Origin: an uncultured virus (IMG/VR IMGVR_UViG_3300043773_000315)
Lineage: Duplodnaviria > Heunggongvirae > Uroviricota > Caudoviricetes
IMG/VR virus record: IMGVR_UViG_3300043773_000315
Reading direction: 5' to 3' (one strand)
Length of the DNA: 64,000 nucleotides
Shown: piece after piece, positions 53,331-62,357 of the stretch
Layout of the letters: each line of letters begins with the position of its first letter
How positions within the stretch are numbered: position 1 is the stretch's first letter
Notes under the pieces: model-generated
Seen by the model: the letters and a program-made list of their open reading frames with translations, nothing else
Databases searched by the model: none
What the model was told of the DNA's origin: nothing
Program-made: the position numbers and the translations under genes

Positions 53331-54052
53331 GGTAGTTCTCCATTATAATGTTTCAGTTGTTCAGCATTGCCCTTGATAAAGAAGTCTGCATCTACAGAGC
53401 CAGGATTGCCGTCGAGACGATAGCAAAGAGTGTGCTTGTAGTTTGTGTCCCACTTTGGATTCATCGGCAACACACTATAGAAATATCTACGGTCGCCGCC
53501 CCAACCAGAATGCCAGAGATGACAAGTTTTTTCTAAGAACTCGCGCTTAAATGCGAATGAAGATGTATCAACTAGATACTGTGGATCGTTGTGAGAGAAG
53601 TATATCGGCCATTTGCCGAGTGCTTCGCAGTTATCATCTGCAACATAAGACTTATCTGGATTGAAAATCTTACGAAACGAATAAGCAAAGTCGTTGCCGC
53701 GATCAAGCACCTCAACAAGAGAAGAAACATGGTCTGGCTCATACCAGTTATCTTCGTCAAGGAAGAAAATGTAATCGGCATTAAGCAGATGAGGAATACC
53801 AGAATATATACGATGACCATAGAAGCCGTTTGCCCCTGTATTGTAAGGCAAAGGAAGAATTTGAATGTCACTATCTTTACCAAATGGAATATTCTCTACA
53901 GCATTGTTAAAATACTCAGTGCCGTCCACTACGATAAGATGTTTGAGATTGGAATATGTTTGATTTTGGACAGATAGTGCTGCGTCTTGCAGCTTCTTAG
54001 ATCCGATTGTTGGCGTGATTACGACTACAGACTTTTCAATAATGAGTTTCAT
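53315..54052 (-). CDS. GT2-family glycosyltransferase
   Basis: VITPT, SVQNQTY, VVDG, FLDEDN. Confidence 0.85.
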   Translation of the reverse strand: MKLIIEKSVVVITPTIGSKKLQDAALSVQNQTYSNLKHLIVVDGTEYFNNAVENIPFGKDSDIQILPLPYNTGANGFYGHRIYSGIPHLLNADYIFFLDEDNWYEPDHVSSLVEVLDRGNDFAYSFRKIFNPDKSYVADDNCEALGKWPIYFSHNDPQYLVDTSSFAFKREFLEKTCHLWHSGWGGDRRYFYSVLPMNPKWDTNYKHTLCYRLDGNPGSVDADFFIKGNAEQLKHYNGELPWLKT

Positions 54053-54081
54053 GTTATATCCATAATGGAAGAAGAGACACT

Positions 54082-54110
54082 ATTATATAGCATCTCTCCT
54101 GTATTGTCAA
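54082..54110 (-). promoter_or_regulatory. Consensus sigma70 promoter heading the glycan island
   Basis: TTGACA-17nt-TATAAT. Confidence 0.85.
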
Positions 54111-54111
54111 A

Positions 54112-55086
54112 TTATTCTAGAGAGATTAGACCTTTCTCTACCAGATATCCATCTTCACCGATGGCGTCTCCACTCTGGTATTCTTCCATAAACTTCTTTA
54201 AGTCTGGAACAAGTTCAAAGTGTTCGTTCTTGAAATACACAAACAATGGACGAGAGATTGCGTAATCGCCCTGCTTGATTGTATCATACTCAGGAACAAC
54301 ACCATTGATTGTTGCGCCCTTGAGTGTAGATGCGTTTTCTTCAAGGAAAGAAAAGCCGAAGATTCCAAGTGCTGCTGGATTTGCTTGAAGCTTCTGAACA
54401 ATTAGATTATCATTCTCACCAGCCTCGACATACGCGCCGTCTTCACGAACAGACTTACAATACTTCTTTTCATCATCAGGTGTTACAGTCAATCCTGCTT
54501 CCTTGATAGCAGACTTACATTCACGCTCAAGGACAAGTTCTACGAAAGAGTCGCGTGTTCCTGATGTTGGTGGTGGACCAAGAACTTCAATCTTTTCGTT
54601 TGGCAAACTTGGATCCAAATCACTCCAAGTCTTGACTGGATTATCTACGAACTGACCTTCAACAATAATATATTTGGCTAGTGCCTTATAGATTTGTTCT
54701 GTAGTCAAAGCCATATCAGCATGTTCTTTTGTCATAGCAAGAACAATAGCGTCATAACCAATCTTCAACTCGGTCACAGTTACGCCATTGGCTTTACACA
54801 TCTCAAGTTCAGATTCCTTGATAGGGCGAGAAGCATTCACTGCGTCTGGCGTATCTTCACCTGTACCTCCACAAAACATCTTGATGCCGCCACCAGTTCC
54901 TGTCGATTCAACGATAGGAGTAGGCGAGTCAGTCTTTTTGCCAAACTGTTCTGCTACGATAGTCGTGAAAGGATATACAGTAGATGAGCCGACAATACGA
55001 ATTGTATCACGGGCTGCAAGTGCTGGTGCAACAATCAAACCAAGAGCAACAGCAGCAAACACAAGTTTCTTCATACATTTCTCCAT
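54112..55086 (-). CDS. pstS: Phosphate ABC transporter substrate-binding protein
   Basis: Signal peptide; IVGSSTVYPF, STGTGGG, NASR, GPPPTSGTRD, ENDNLIVQKL, SRPLFVY; start may be 55074. Confidence 0.93.
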   Translation of the reverse strand: MEKCMKKLVFAAVALGLIVAPALAARDTIRIVGSSTVYPFTTIVAEQFGKKTDSPTPIVESTGTGGGIKMFCGGTGEDTPDAVNASRPIKESELEMCKANGVTVTELKIGYDAIVLAMTKEHADMALTTEQIYKALAKYIIVEGQFVDNPVKTWSDLDPSLPNEKIEVLGPPPTSGTRDSFVELVLERECKSAIKEAGLTVTPDDEKKYCKSVREDGAYVEAGENDNLIVQKLQANPAALGIFGFSFLEENASTLKGATINGVVPEYDTIKQGDYAISRPLFVYFKNEHFELVPDLKKFMEEYQSGDAIGEDGYLVEKGLISLE

Positions 55087-55087
55087 A

Positions 55088-55120
55088 ATAAAACTGAGGG
55101 AGTTAATTCTCCCTCAGTAT
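55088..55120 (-). terminator. Intrinsic terminator downstream of the hsp20 operon
   Basis: ACTGAGGGAG-AATTAA-CTCCCTCAGT then TTTATT. Confidence 0.75.
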
Positions 55121-55173
55121 GTAGCGTTACCGGCCAGATAGCCAGTCAGATTCTTCGTTCGTGTAAGGATACA

Positions 55174-55323
55174 TCACCATTGTTTCCTATCTGCATAGGA
55201 CATGCGATCCCATTCACGTTGAAGAACTTCTAGATGAGCAGTATCGGTAGCTTGACTTAGATAGTCGTGCATTCTTTGCTGCTCAGATTTATTACTGAAA
55301 AGTCTCTTTAGAAACGACATCAT
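55174..55323 (-). CDS. Small protein, DUF3563-like (49 aa)
   Basis: MMSFLKRLFSNKSEQQRMHDYLSQATDTAHLEVLQREWDRMSYADRKQW; TAATG-coupled to hsp20; not in the ORF track. Confidence 0.65.
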   Translation of the reverse strand: MMSFLKRLFSNKSEQQRMHDYLSQATDTAHLEVLQREWDRMSYADRKQW

Positions 55324-55808
55324 TACTTGTCGCCATACTTCTCAGTAAGAAACTGCTTTGTAGATGATTCAGTTTCAGATTCACCGATGTTGATCTTCTT
55401 CGGCTTCTTTTCTTCTGGAATGAAGCGTTCAAGCCAAATCTTCAACATGCCATTGATTAGGTCTGCATTCTTCACTTCAACAGTATCAGCAAGTGTGAAC
55501 TGGCGAGTGAAGGCACGTTCAGCGATTCCCTTGTAGAGATAATCGCCGTCTTCTGAATTGACAGATCCCTTTACTGTGAGAGTGCCGTCCTGCAATTCAA
55601 GTTCAAGGTCTTGACGACCAAAACCTGCCACGGCTAACTCAATCACATACTTGTTTTCATCAATCTTCTTGATGTTGTATGGAGGATAAGTCTGCATCTT
55701 TGGCATAGTTTCAGCCATCTCAGCAAGACGCTTGAGAATTGGCTCAAAGCCTACAGTGGTATTGAACTGCTTGGGAAAAGAAAAAGGATCGAAAAGTAAC
55801 TTGTTCAT
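55323..55808 (-). CDS. Small heat-shock protein (Hsp20/IbpA family)
   Basis: YPPYNI, IELAVAGF, YLYKGIAERAF.RQF.LA, A.L.NGML.I.L, PEEKKPKKI. Confidence 0.95.
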   Translation of the reverse strand: MNKLLFDPFSFPKQFNTTVGFEPILKRLAEMAETMPKMQTYPPYNIKKIDENKYVIELAVAGFGRQDLELELQDGTLTVKGSVNSEDGDYLYKGIAERAFTRQFTLADTVEVKNADLINGMLKIWLERFIPEEKKPKKINIGESETESSTKQFLTEKYGDK

Positions 55809-55892
55809 GTTTAACTCCTGTTTAGCAAGTTAGTTATGTTTTAGTCTTCCTTTCGGCAAGACTGTGTGAGGTACGCATTACATTATCCTCAC
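55809..55892 (-). promoter_or_regulatory. ROSE-like RNA thermometer in the hsp20 5' UTR
   Basis: Three hairpins; the last has TTGCT opposite the SD AGGAG. Confidence 0.65.
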
Positions 55893-55899
55893 TATGGTA

Positions 55900-55928
55900 T
55901 ATATAACACATTTCAATTCAAATGTCAA
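55900..55928 (-). promoter_or_regulatory. Sigma70-type promoter of hsp20
   Basis: TTGACA-17nt-TATATA. Confidence 0.7.
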
Positions 55929-56221
55929 GGGCCCGCATAAACATTTGGAGAGCCAGCAGCAACGGAAGTGCAGCCAGTGATAGCATCACCTATACGACCA
56001 GCACCCATTCCATTTACAAACACAGTAGTGGAACCTGTTGTTATTGGTGCGGAATGAGGCAGACATTCTGGAACAAGTGGTGGCTTTAGATGAACTGTGT
56101 TATTATCACCTTGTCTAGACCAAGGAATACCATTAACAAATACGTCTGGTGAACCTGCTGCTCTTGTCATTCCTGAACAATGAGACACATCAGCATCACC
56201 TATTCTTGTTGCGGCTGGCAT
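55925..56221 (-). CDS. PAAR-domain spike-tip protein (T4 gp5.4-like)
   Basis: PAATRIGD, GSPDVFVNG, GSTTVFVNG..AGRIGD, GSPNV. Confidence 0.92.
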   Translation of the reverse strand: MPAATRIGDADVSHCSGMTRAAGSPDVFVNGIPWSRQGDNNTVHLKPPLVPECLPHSAPITTGSTTVFVNGMGAGRIGDAITGCTSVAAGSPNVYAGP

Positions 56222-56417
56222 TTCTTCTTTCTCTCTCCATTAGTATTTGTAGTTTGTCATTCCATGCATCAATTTCTTCATGCTGTTCTTCTGTATGAGG
56301 ACCTTCAGGAATCTCAGGCAGAAACTTTATTACGTGTTCGAAATCGTCTGGAATATCTTCGAACTGAGTGTATGTTTCCAAAATGCCGTTTCTTTTGACA
56401 ACAAATTCGTGCGGCAT
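56196..56417 (-). CDS. Conserved T4-like hypothetical protein
   Basis: FEDIP..F.HVIKF.P.IP.GPHTEEQHEEI..W. Confidence 0.75.
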   Translation of the reverse strand: MPHEFVVKRNGILETYTQFEDIPDDFEHVIKFLPEIPEGPHTEEQHEEIDAWNDKLQILMERERRNASRNKNR

Positions 56418-57040
56418 TACGCTACCTTCTTTGGTCTACCTCTACCACGCTTTACAGGCTCATTCTCTTGTATAGTGTACTTTCTCATTTCTTCTTGAGT
56501 CATTGTGATATTACCAGACATTATACCAGTTGAACCTAGGCCACCCACGCGGTCTGTCTTCTGTGTTGGTGCATCAAAGATTTCCCATAACACATATTCT
56601 TCACTCTTTATCAACTCGGCCTGAGCAATACGGTCGCCGTGATAAATCGTCTGGTCGACATCGGACTGATTAGTCAGAATGATAAATGTTTCTTCGATGT
56701 AATCAGAATCGATGACTGCTTCTAGATTGGCCAAAACAAGACCCTGCTTGTAAGACAGTCCAGAGCGAGGATGAATGCGTAGAGAGTGTCCTGCAGGAAT
56801 ATCAAAGATGAGTCCTGTAGGCACTAACACTCTGTCGCCTGGCATGATACGAATTGAACCTGTCGATAGTGGTCGAGTGAAAGGCGCATTCGTCTTGTTA
56901 TAGCCGTGATAGAGAGACTTGCCCTCGGCCTGAAATGATAAGTCAAAACATGCTGATTGCTTTGTGGCAAACTTAGGTAATGTAATATTTGGATCAGTCT
57001 TATATACGTTCAATCTTTTCATAGTATACTCCATTGTCAT
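56417..57040 (-). CDS. dut: Trimeric dUTPase
   Basis: SACFDL, VPTGL, HPRSGL, VIDSDY, DRIAQ, R.GGLGSTG. Confidence 0.92.
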   Translation of the reverse strand: MTMEYTMKRLNVYKTDPNITLPKFATKQSACFDLSFQAEGKSLYHGYNKTNAPFTRPLSTGSIRIMPGDRVLVPTGLIFDIPAGHSLRIHPRSGLSYKQGLVLANLEAVIDSDYIEETFIILTNQSDVDQTIYHGDRIAQAELIKSEEYVLWEIFDAPTQKTDRVGGLGSTGIMSGNITMTQEEMRKYTIQENEPVKRGRGRPKKVA

Positions 57041-57042
57041 AA

Positions 57043-58359
57043 TTATCTTGAAATTTCTTCCCAGTCCATAGATCCATGAACGTCCAAGTTATCAGATACT
57101 CCCGCAACTGTAAGAGTTAAAGGATAACCTGCTGTGTCGTTCAAAGAATCTCTTTCTAACTGGAACTTAAATAGTGCTTCTTTTAGAATATCAGTTGGTA
57201 CCGCACTCTGAGTGTCTGATGAAAGATATCCTTGAGCCATTACTATACCACCAGTTACAACATTGTTTGCTACCATATTATATTCTACGGCCGAATCTGT
57301 GCCAGCAGAAGTAAACATGGTATTAGATAATGTTGCGTTACGAATAACTTTCCATACAAACTTACCGTTGTTACCGATACCCATTACTGATAATGCTGTA
57401 AGAATAACTATAGCATCTTTTCTAGCTTCTTTCAATCGTATTGCTGCAACAGCATAATCTGTACCAGCAGTAAACAATCTTCTAGGTGTCAGTATGGAAG
57501 TACCGATAGATTGCTGAAATCCTCTTAGTTCGTAACCGCCTTCCGAGATGACAGAAGAACACACTTGCTTCAATGTGCTTGAGTTGCCTGTCGGCCCAAC
57601 ATTCTTAATCTCATATCTCAAAGGCAGAGATGCTGTAGTCATGTATGTTGTTGCAACATAATTTGCATGATGAAAAGAGTGACAGTGAATTAACTGACCG
57701 TCGAGTACAAATCCACAACGAACTGTGCCGAGACCTAACCATTCAATGTCAGTAAATAGAATTTGCGCTTTGCTCAAGTCTAGAGTTCTTTGAGACGGGC
57801 TACTTTCTACTGTACCTAGAAGTGTGTCTATATTCCAATCGGCTTGTGCAACTCTATTCTCAGTCATTACACCAGATGATGATGTTCTTTCTACAAAGTA
57901 GATATCGCCGTTAGCCTGTTCCAGATAGATGCCATTGTTTGATCCGTAATAACCAACGCGCTGTGTTAGATTTAACTGAGCGTTTGCCATCACAAATGTA
58001 TTAAGAACTTGTAATGATTTACCTGGCTGATAGGAGAAGACTTTGGTTGTTTCGCGGATAATCTCATGACTGGTAGTTGTACCAACAGATAGATTGATTA
58101 CACCTTCATTGGGAGAGAACGTGATTGTGGTACCAGAACTATTAGACTGCACCCAAAGTCCGTTGTCTCTATATCTGTGAGACGAATCAAACATAGTCAA
58201 AGGAGCAGAAACTCTGGATCTGCCGAAAGCATCTACGGACATGCCAGATGGATTAGCAGGACCAACCAGATTGCCGTATTGATCGGCCAGCATCATAACT
58301 TCGAAGATTGTAGTCTCTTGCGGTAGATACTTGTGCGTGTCTTTACGGAACTGTGCCAT
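57043..58359 (-). CDS. Putative virion structural protein
   Basis: DAFGR.RVS.P, YQPGKS, EWLG.G.VR.GF, MTTASLPLRYEI, C.SVISEGG; beta-rich. Confidence 0.6.
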   Translation of the reverse strand: MAQFRKDTHKYLPQETTIFEVMMLADQYGNLVGPANPSGMSVDAFGRSRVSAPLTMFDSSHRYRDNGLWVQSNSSGTTITFSPNEGVINLSVGTTTSHEIIRETTKVFSYQPGKSLQVLNTFVMANAQLNLTQRVGYYGSNNGIYLEQANGDIYFVERTSSSGVMTENRVAQADWNIDTLLGTVESSPSQRTLDLSKAQILFTDIEWLGLGTVRCGFVLDGQLIHCHSFHHANYVATTYMTTASLPLRYEIKNVGPTGNSSTLKQVCSSVISEGGYELRGFQQSIGTSILTPRRLFTAGTDYAVAAIRLKEARKDAIVILTALSVMGIGNNGKFVWKVIRNATLSNTMFTSAGTDSAVEYNMVANNVVTGGIVMAQGYLSSDTQSAVPTDILKEALFKFQLERDSLNDTAGYPLTLTVAGVSDNLDVHGSMDWEEISR

Positions 58360-58360
58360 A

Positions 58361-58765
58361 TTATTCTTCCTTGCGCTTCTTGCCTATATTGTATTTAGCG
58401 ACGAGATTCCACTCGGACTTTTCTTTATGAGATATTATCTTGATTTGAGACAATGGAGCGACTGGATCACTACTCTTTTGCTCACTTACCAGATTGACCA
58501 ATTCCCACTCATGAAGCAGGTTGGCAATAGTATTAAGACGGGCGCGGTCATCCTCTGTGAAGTCTGACTGCTTCCCGTCTAGTAAAAATAACTGCTTAAA
58601 ATGAACTATGTAATATCTGCCCTGCTTATGTAATATGTGACATGATTGATACAGGGTCTTATCTTTCTTAGAGGCTACACCTATGCGCGAAAGGGTCTCA
58701 CGAACCTTTAGAAAGTTGTCAGGATTTGGTAGCGTTACCTCCACTAGTTCTTTTATGTCTAACAT
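58361..58765 (-). CDS. regA: Translational repressor RegA
   Basis: FLKVRETLSRIGVAS, LYQSCHILHKQGRYYIVHFK. Confidence 0.96.
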   Translation of the reverse strand: MLDIKELVEVTLPNPDNFLKVRETLSRIGVASKKDKTLYQSCHILHKQGRYYIVHFKQLFLLDGKQSDFTEDDRARLNTIANLLHEWELVNLVSEQKSSDPVAPLSQIKIISHKEKSEWNLVAKYNIGKKRKEE

Positions 58766-59144
58766 TCAAACCACCTTTATTTAAACTCTTTTTAATCTCT
58801 TCGATTTGCGCGTTAGACAAGATGGTAAGGGCTTCTTTGGCCTTCTCATTTGAGTAGCCAAAATACTCTTTAACCGCCTCCAAATTCTCTATAATCTCAC
58901 GCTTTTGCCATTTTTGAAAAGGACGCTTATACGCCCTTACAGTATTTAGCAAATAGTGGTATTGTAGGAGACTATCGGTCGAGGGCTGGAGATTCATCTG
59001 GTTAGCAGGCATCACCATATCCATGTGAAAGGATATGGAACGATTAACGACGAACGGGACATAGTCCCGCTCGTTCTCTTGTGTTATGACTACCTTCTTG
59101 GTCTGCTGGATAGAAGGTATAATATCTTTGAAAAGATCAGTCAA
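58719..59144 (-). CDS. 62: Clamp loader small subunit (T4 gp62)
   Basis: Y.PFVVNR, N.MN, VKEYFGYSNEKA, KGG; adjacent to regA. Confidence 0.9.
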   Translation of the reverse strand: MTDLFKDIIPSIQQTKKVVITQENERDYVPFVVNRSISFHMDMVMPANQMNLQPSTDSLLQYHYLLNTVRAYKRPFQKWQKREIIENLEAVKEYFGYSNEKAKEALTILSNAQIEEIKKSLNKGGLNVRHKRTSGGNATKS

Positions 59145-60287
59145 TTAGTTTTTCCAATCAAAAGGTTTACCGTCTACATCTACAACGGTAGTTTCTTTCT
59201 TAATGCCCTTCTTCTTTGGATCAGCATCTATAAGTTGCGGTAAAAATCCACCGAAAGCGATAGGAAACTTTTTGTTGGATTTAGAATCTGTCATATATTC
59301 ACAGATGGCAACAATAGAGTCGAGAGTGTTTTGAAACGCAATCAACCAGTTTTGTCTTTGCTCTCTCAAAGGAGTCTTGCCAGGATTTTCAAAATATGCA
59401 AAAATCTTAACTTCAGGAAGTTCTTTCAGATGACCATAAGCGCCGCTCTTGTGTTCTATGTCATCAAGAACTTGCTTGAGAAGTTTGATAGCATTTGAAA
59501 TTGTCATTCGAGCAGTCTTTTCTGTCGTGATATATCCAAAATATCCCGTGTCATCATAGTTCGCATCGCCGCCATAAGGAATCTTAAATTCGTTTGCAGC
59601 AGCATTAGAAACGTTATGATCACCAACACCCTTAACAAGGTAGACACGATACTTTGAATTACCCTGTCTATTCATGACATCGTTAATGATGGTCTGACGC
59701 CGAGACTTTGAAAGATGACTTCCAGTCTCATTAACAAAATCAGTTACAGACTTTAGATCAGAAGCAAGATACTTCTTGTTGATGCAATTAAGAGCAGAGT
59801 TTGTAATATCACCTGCATCAGATCCTCTCTTTGGCTTGTCTACCTTATTAAGGTTCAGCTTAGAGATTTCTAGAGAAAGTGGATTTTCTGGTTGATACAC
59901 ATCTGCTACAATGTGTTGACAACCAAGATCGTTCGTCGCATTAATTCGCGTGAATCCATCATGAACGATATACTTCTTGTTTTTAGGATCCCAAACAACA
60001 AGAATTGGTTGCTCATCATATAACCAACCGTTATTCTCAAAAGAATCTCTTAGATCATTCTTATGATCTGCATGAGTTCCTTTATGACGCGCCTGATGTT
60101 CAGTATCAACTACAGCATCATTTTCAATGTTGATTACCTTACGCTCAATCCACTTCATTCCCCTTGGCTTTAAAGGAGGAGCTTCTCTCAAAGACCTCTT
60201 TATATCAAAAGTGATAGGATCAATAAAGTCAGTTTTGGAATATCCTGTATTCCAGACGTTTTTGTGTTCTGTTTCTTCAAACAACAT
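59145..60287 (-). CDS. Hypothetical protein with ParB/Srx-like N-terminal domain
   Basis: Q.R...L..SF...GW...PI.V...VHDGFTR..A. Confidence 0.55.
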   Translation of the reverse strand: MLFEETEHKNVWNTGYSKTDFIDPITFDIKRSLREAPPLKPRGMKWIERKVINIENDAVVDTEHQARHKGTHADHKNDLRDSFENNGWLYDEQPILVVWDPKNKKYIVHDGFTRINATNDLGCQHIVADVYQPENPLSLEISKLNLNKVDKPKRGSDAGDITNSALNCINKKYLASDLKSVTDFVNETGSHLSKSRRQTIINDVMNRQGNSKYRVYLVKGVGDHNVSNAAANEFKIPYGGDANYDDTGYFGYITTEKTARMTISNAIKLLKQVLDDIEHKSGAYGHLKELPEVKIFAYFENPGKTPLREQRQNWLIAFQNTLDSIVAICEYMTDSKSNKKFPIAFGGFLPQLIDADPKKKGIKKETTVVDVDGKPFDWKN

Positions 60288-60395
60288 GTTTTTTTTCTTT
60301 CAACAGCGATTGAAAGTCAATTAATTCACATTCAATCTTGGTTTATGTTACATACTAAAGATGACCGATAAATCCTTCATTCTTAGCATTGTTAT

Positions 60396-60424
60396 ATATT
60401 AGCAAATTTTCTTAGAAGTGTCAA
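60396..60424 (-). promoter_or_regulatory. Sigma70-type promoter
   Basis: TTGACA-17nt-TAATAT upstream of the ParB-like gene. Confidence 0.7.
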
Positions 60425-60432
60425 CTCTTTTT

Positions 60433-61380
60433 TTAATTATATTCACAGTCTACCATCAATTCAGTTAGACACGCTACTAGATTGATTTCTTGATCGGCCA
60501 CAAACGCGGCCTGATACTGATACTTGCCGATAGTTACCACCGCTTGTGGAATACTATGCGGCTTCATATACTCATACAGACCATCGTAAATCTTGCGATA
60601 GATACGTGCAGGCTCAATATCAGAATTGGCTACACACCACTTCCGCATTTCTCCAAAGTTCTTTTCTTTCAGAGAGTTTACTAGATCGGCAATCTTTCTT
60701 ACGTCAGAAAGTTGAGATACAATACCAGCATCCAAGTTGCCACTGCTGCTGAAACGCTGCAACTCATTAAGAGTACGGCGATAATCAGGAAAATACTTTT
60801 CAATGATTTTTGCAAGGACTGCCTTGTCATACTTGACACTTTCTTCGGTAAGAATGTTCTCCATTCGCTTCATCAATTGCATTGCCATCTTTGGCTTTTC
60901 GTCAGCCTTGAGAGCAAAGTCAATTACAGAACAGCGAGAATGTAGAGCGTCAATCAAACGAGCCTTGAAGTTGCAAGTGAAGATGAATGTGCAGTTAGCA
61001 GCAAACTCTTCAATTGCACCACGCATCGCGGCCTGTGCTTCTGGTGTAAGATAGTCGGCCTCGTCCAGGATGATTACCTTAGTACCGCCAGTCAGCGAAA
61101 CAGTTGAGGCATAGTTACGAATGGTTGTTCGCAACATATCAATACCACGATTTTCAGACGCATTGATGTAGAGATGATTGATACCAATCTCATCACACAT
61201 GGCCTTAGCAATTGTAGTTTTACCTACACCTGCTGAACCAGTGAGCATGAGATTTGGTATTTCTTTACGGTCAACATATTCCTGAAACGGCTTCTTTAGT
61301 CGATCAGGAAGAATACAATCACTGACCGAGGTTGGGCGGTACTTCTCTACCCACAGGAAGGATTCGTTCGTCAATTTCAT
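60433..61380 (-). CDS. 44: Clamp loader large subunit (T4 gp44)
   Basis: LWVEKYRP, GSAGVGKTT, ILDEADYL, LHSRC. Confidence 0.96.
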   Translation of the reverse strand: MKLTNESFLWVEKYRPTSVSDCILPDRLKKPFQEYVDRKEIPNLMLTGSAGVGKTTIAKAMCDEIGINHLYINASENRGIDMLRTTIRNYASTVSLTGGTKVIILDEADYLTPEAQAAMRGAIEEFAANCTFIFTCNFKARLIDALHSRCSVIDFALKADEKPKMAMQLMKRMENILTEESVKYDKAVLAKIIEKYFPDYRRTLNELQRFSSSGNLDAGIVSQLSDVRKIADLVNSLKEKNFGEMRKWCVANSDIEPARIYRKIYDGLYEYMKPHSIPQAVVTIGKYQYQAAFVADQEINLVACLTELMVDCEYN

Positions 61381-61570
61381 TCACCATTCTTTGAAGAAGT
61401 TCTTTAGCGCCAATGCCGCCAAGATTTTGCACGAAGATGCTCTTAGACGTTACCATCATGTTAGATGCCAACATTAGAACATCTTCAACATTATCGCACA
61501 TCATGATCTGCCTGTCAATAGGCTCCATGAGTTCTACCATGCGTCTAATCAAATTTTCCTTTTCAATCAT
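61319..61570 (-). CDS. Hypothetical protein
   Basis: Coupled small ORF. Confidence 0.6.
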   Translation of the reverse strand: MIEKENLIRRMVELMEPIDRQIMMCDNVEDVLMLASNMMVTSKSIFVQNLGGIGAKELLQRMVNEIDERILPVGREVPPNLGQ

Positions 61571-62073
61571 CAGATTCGTTTCCTTTTGTTGAATCTAGAT
61601 TTCAGCAAAATAGCACACGTTTCGTCAAGTGTTTCATATTCAACTCTCAGATTTTCTACTTTAGGAAACTCTGATTGTGGAAAAAACTTTACATAGATGT
61701 TATCAGGACTAACCCCAGCAAGTCTTGCTTTTTTACCTGCTGGATGATCCTCATCGTGTCTCGAAACATTATGGAGTTCTTTCACGAAACGATATACTCT
61801 TTGGTGCATTGAGTAATTTGATGTGCCAGTATATAGGCAAGAAAGACTATTCCAAGTCTTTTCGTATATTGCATAAAGACCTGGAACATCTATCTCACTG
61901 TGTCTCGGTTGAAAAAACTTAAACCCTTCCATAAAAAACGCAACCGAACATCCATTATTTGGTGTAACAAACGAATGAACTTTATAGAATGGTAGTTTTG
62001 CTCCGAGAGTTACAATCTTACGAGCGTAATCCCAGTTACTAACGTAGGACTCGCCATAAAGATCAACTGACAT
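61570..62073 (-). CDS. Hypothetical protein, possibly GIY-YIG-like
   Basis: GLYAIY...LYTG.S...R. Confidence 0.5.
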   Translation of the reverse strand: MSVDLYGESYVSNWDYARKIVTLGAKLPFYKVHSFVTPNNGCSVAFFMEGFKFFQPRHSEIDVPGLYAIYEKTWNSLSCLYTGTSNYSMHQRVYRFVKELHNVSRHDEDHPAGKKARLAGVSPDNIYVKFFPQSEFPKVENLRVEYETLDETCAILLKSRFNKRKRI

Positions 62074-62357
62074 TACTTCATGACTCCATCATAGAACTCT
62101 TCAAAGTTCCTATTCTCTTCCTGTTCCTGAGAATAGTTGGCCTTGAAGTAGACCTTAGCCATGCGGCGGATGATCTTCTTGTCAACACCAGTCTTGTCTG
62201 AAATGGAGTTGACACTATCCTTCTGAAAGTCTCTCTCAGCAGCAACTCGCGTCATGCTATCATTCAATTGCTGAATTGCTTCCTTGAGTTCCTTTTTCTG
62301 AGATTCCGTCAGAGAATTGATACTAACAAAGTTTTGATTGTGACCCATACCAGCCAT
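62073..62357 (-). CDS. dsbA: T4 DsbA-like dsDNA-binding transcription factor
   Basis: Helical ~90 aa; S..R...E.D..K...KK..RRMAKVY.K.N...E..E.FY pattern. Confidence 0.7.
   Translation of the reverse strand: MAGMGHNQNFVSINSLTESQKKELKEAIQQLNDSMTRVAAERDFQKDSVNSISDKTGVDKKIIRRMAKVYFKANYSQEQEENRNFEEFYDGVMK

Noticed and set aside
55086..55175. Pho box upstream of pstS, and a 15-codon ORF MYPYTNEESDWLSGR
   Set aside because: No clear CTGTCAT-type tandem repeat is present. The ORF is too short to support, although it is stop-start coupled.
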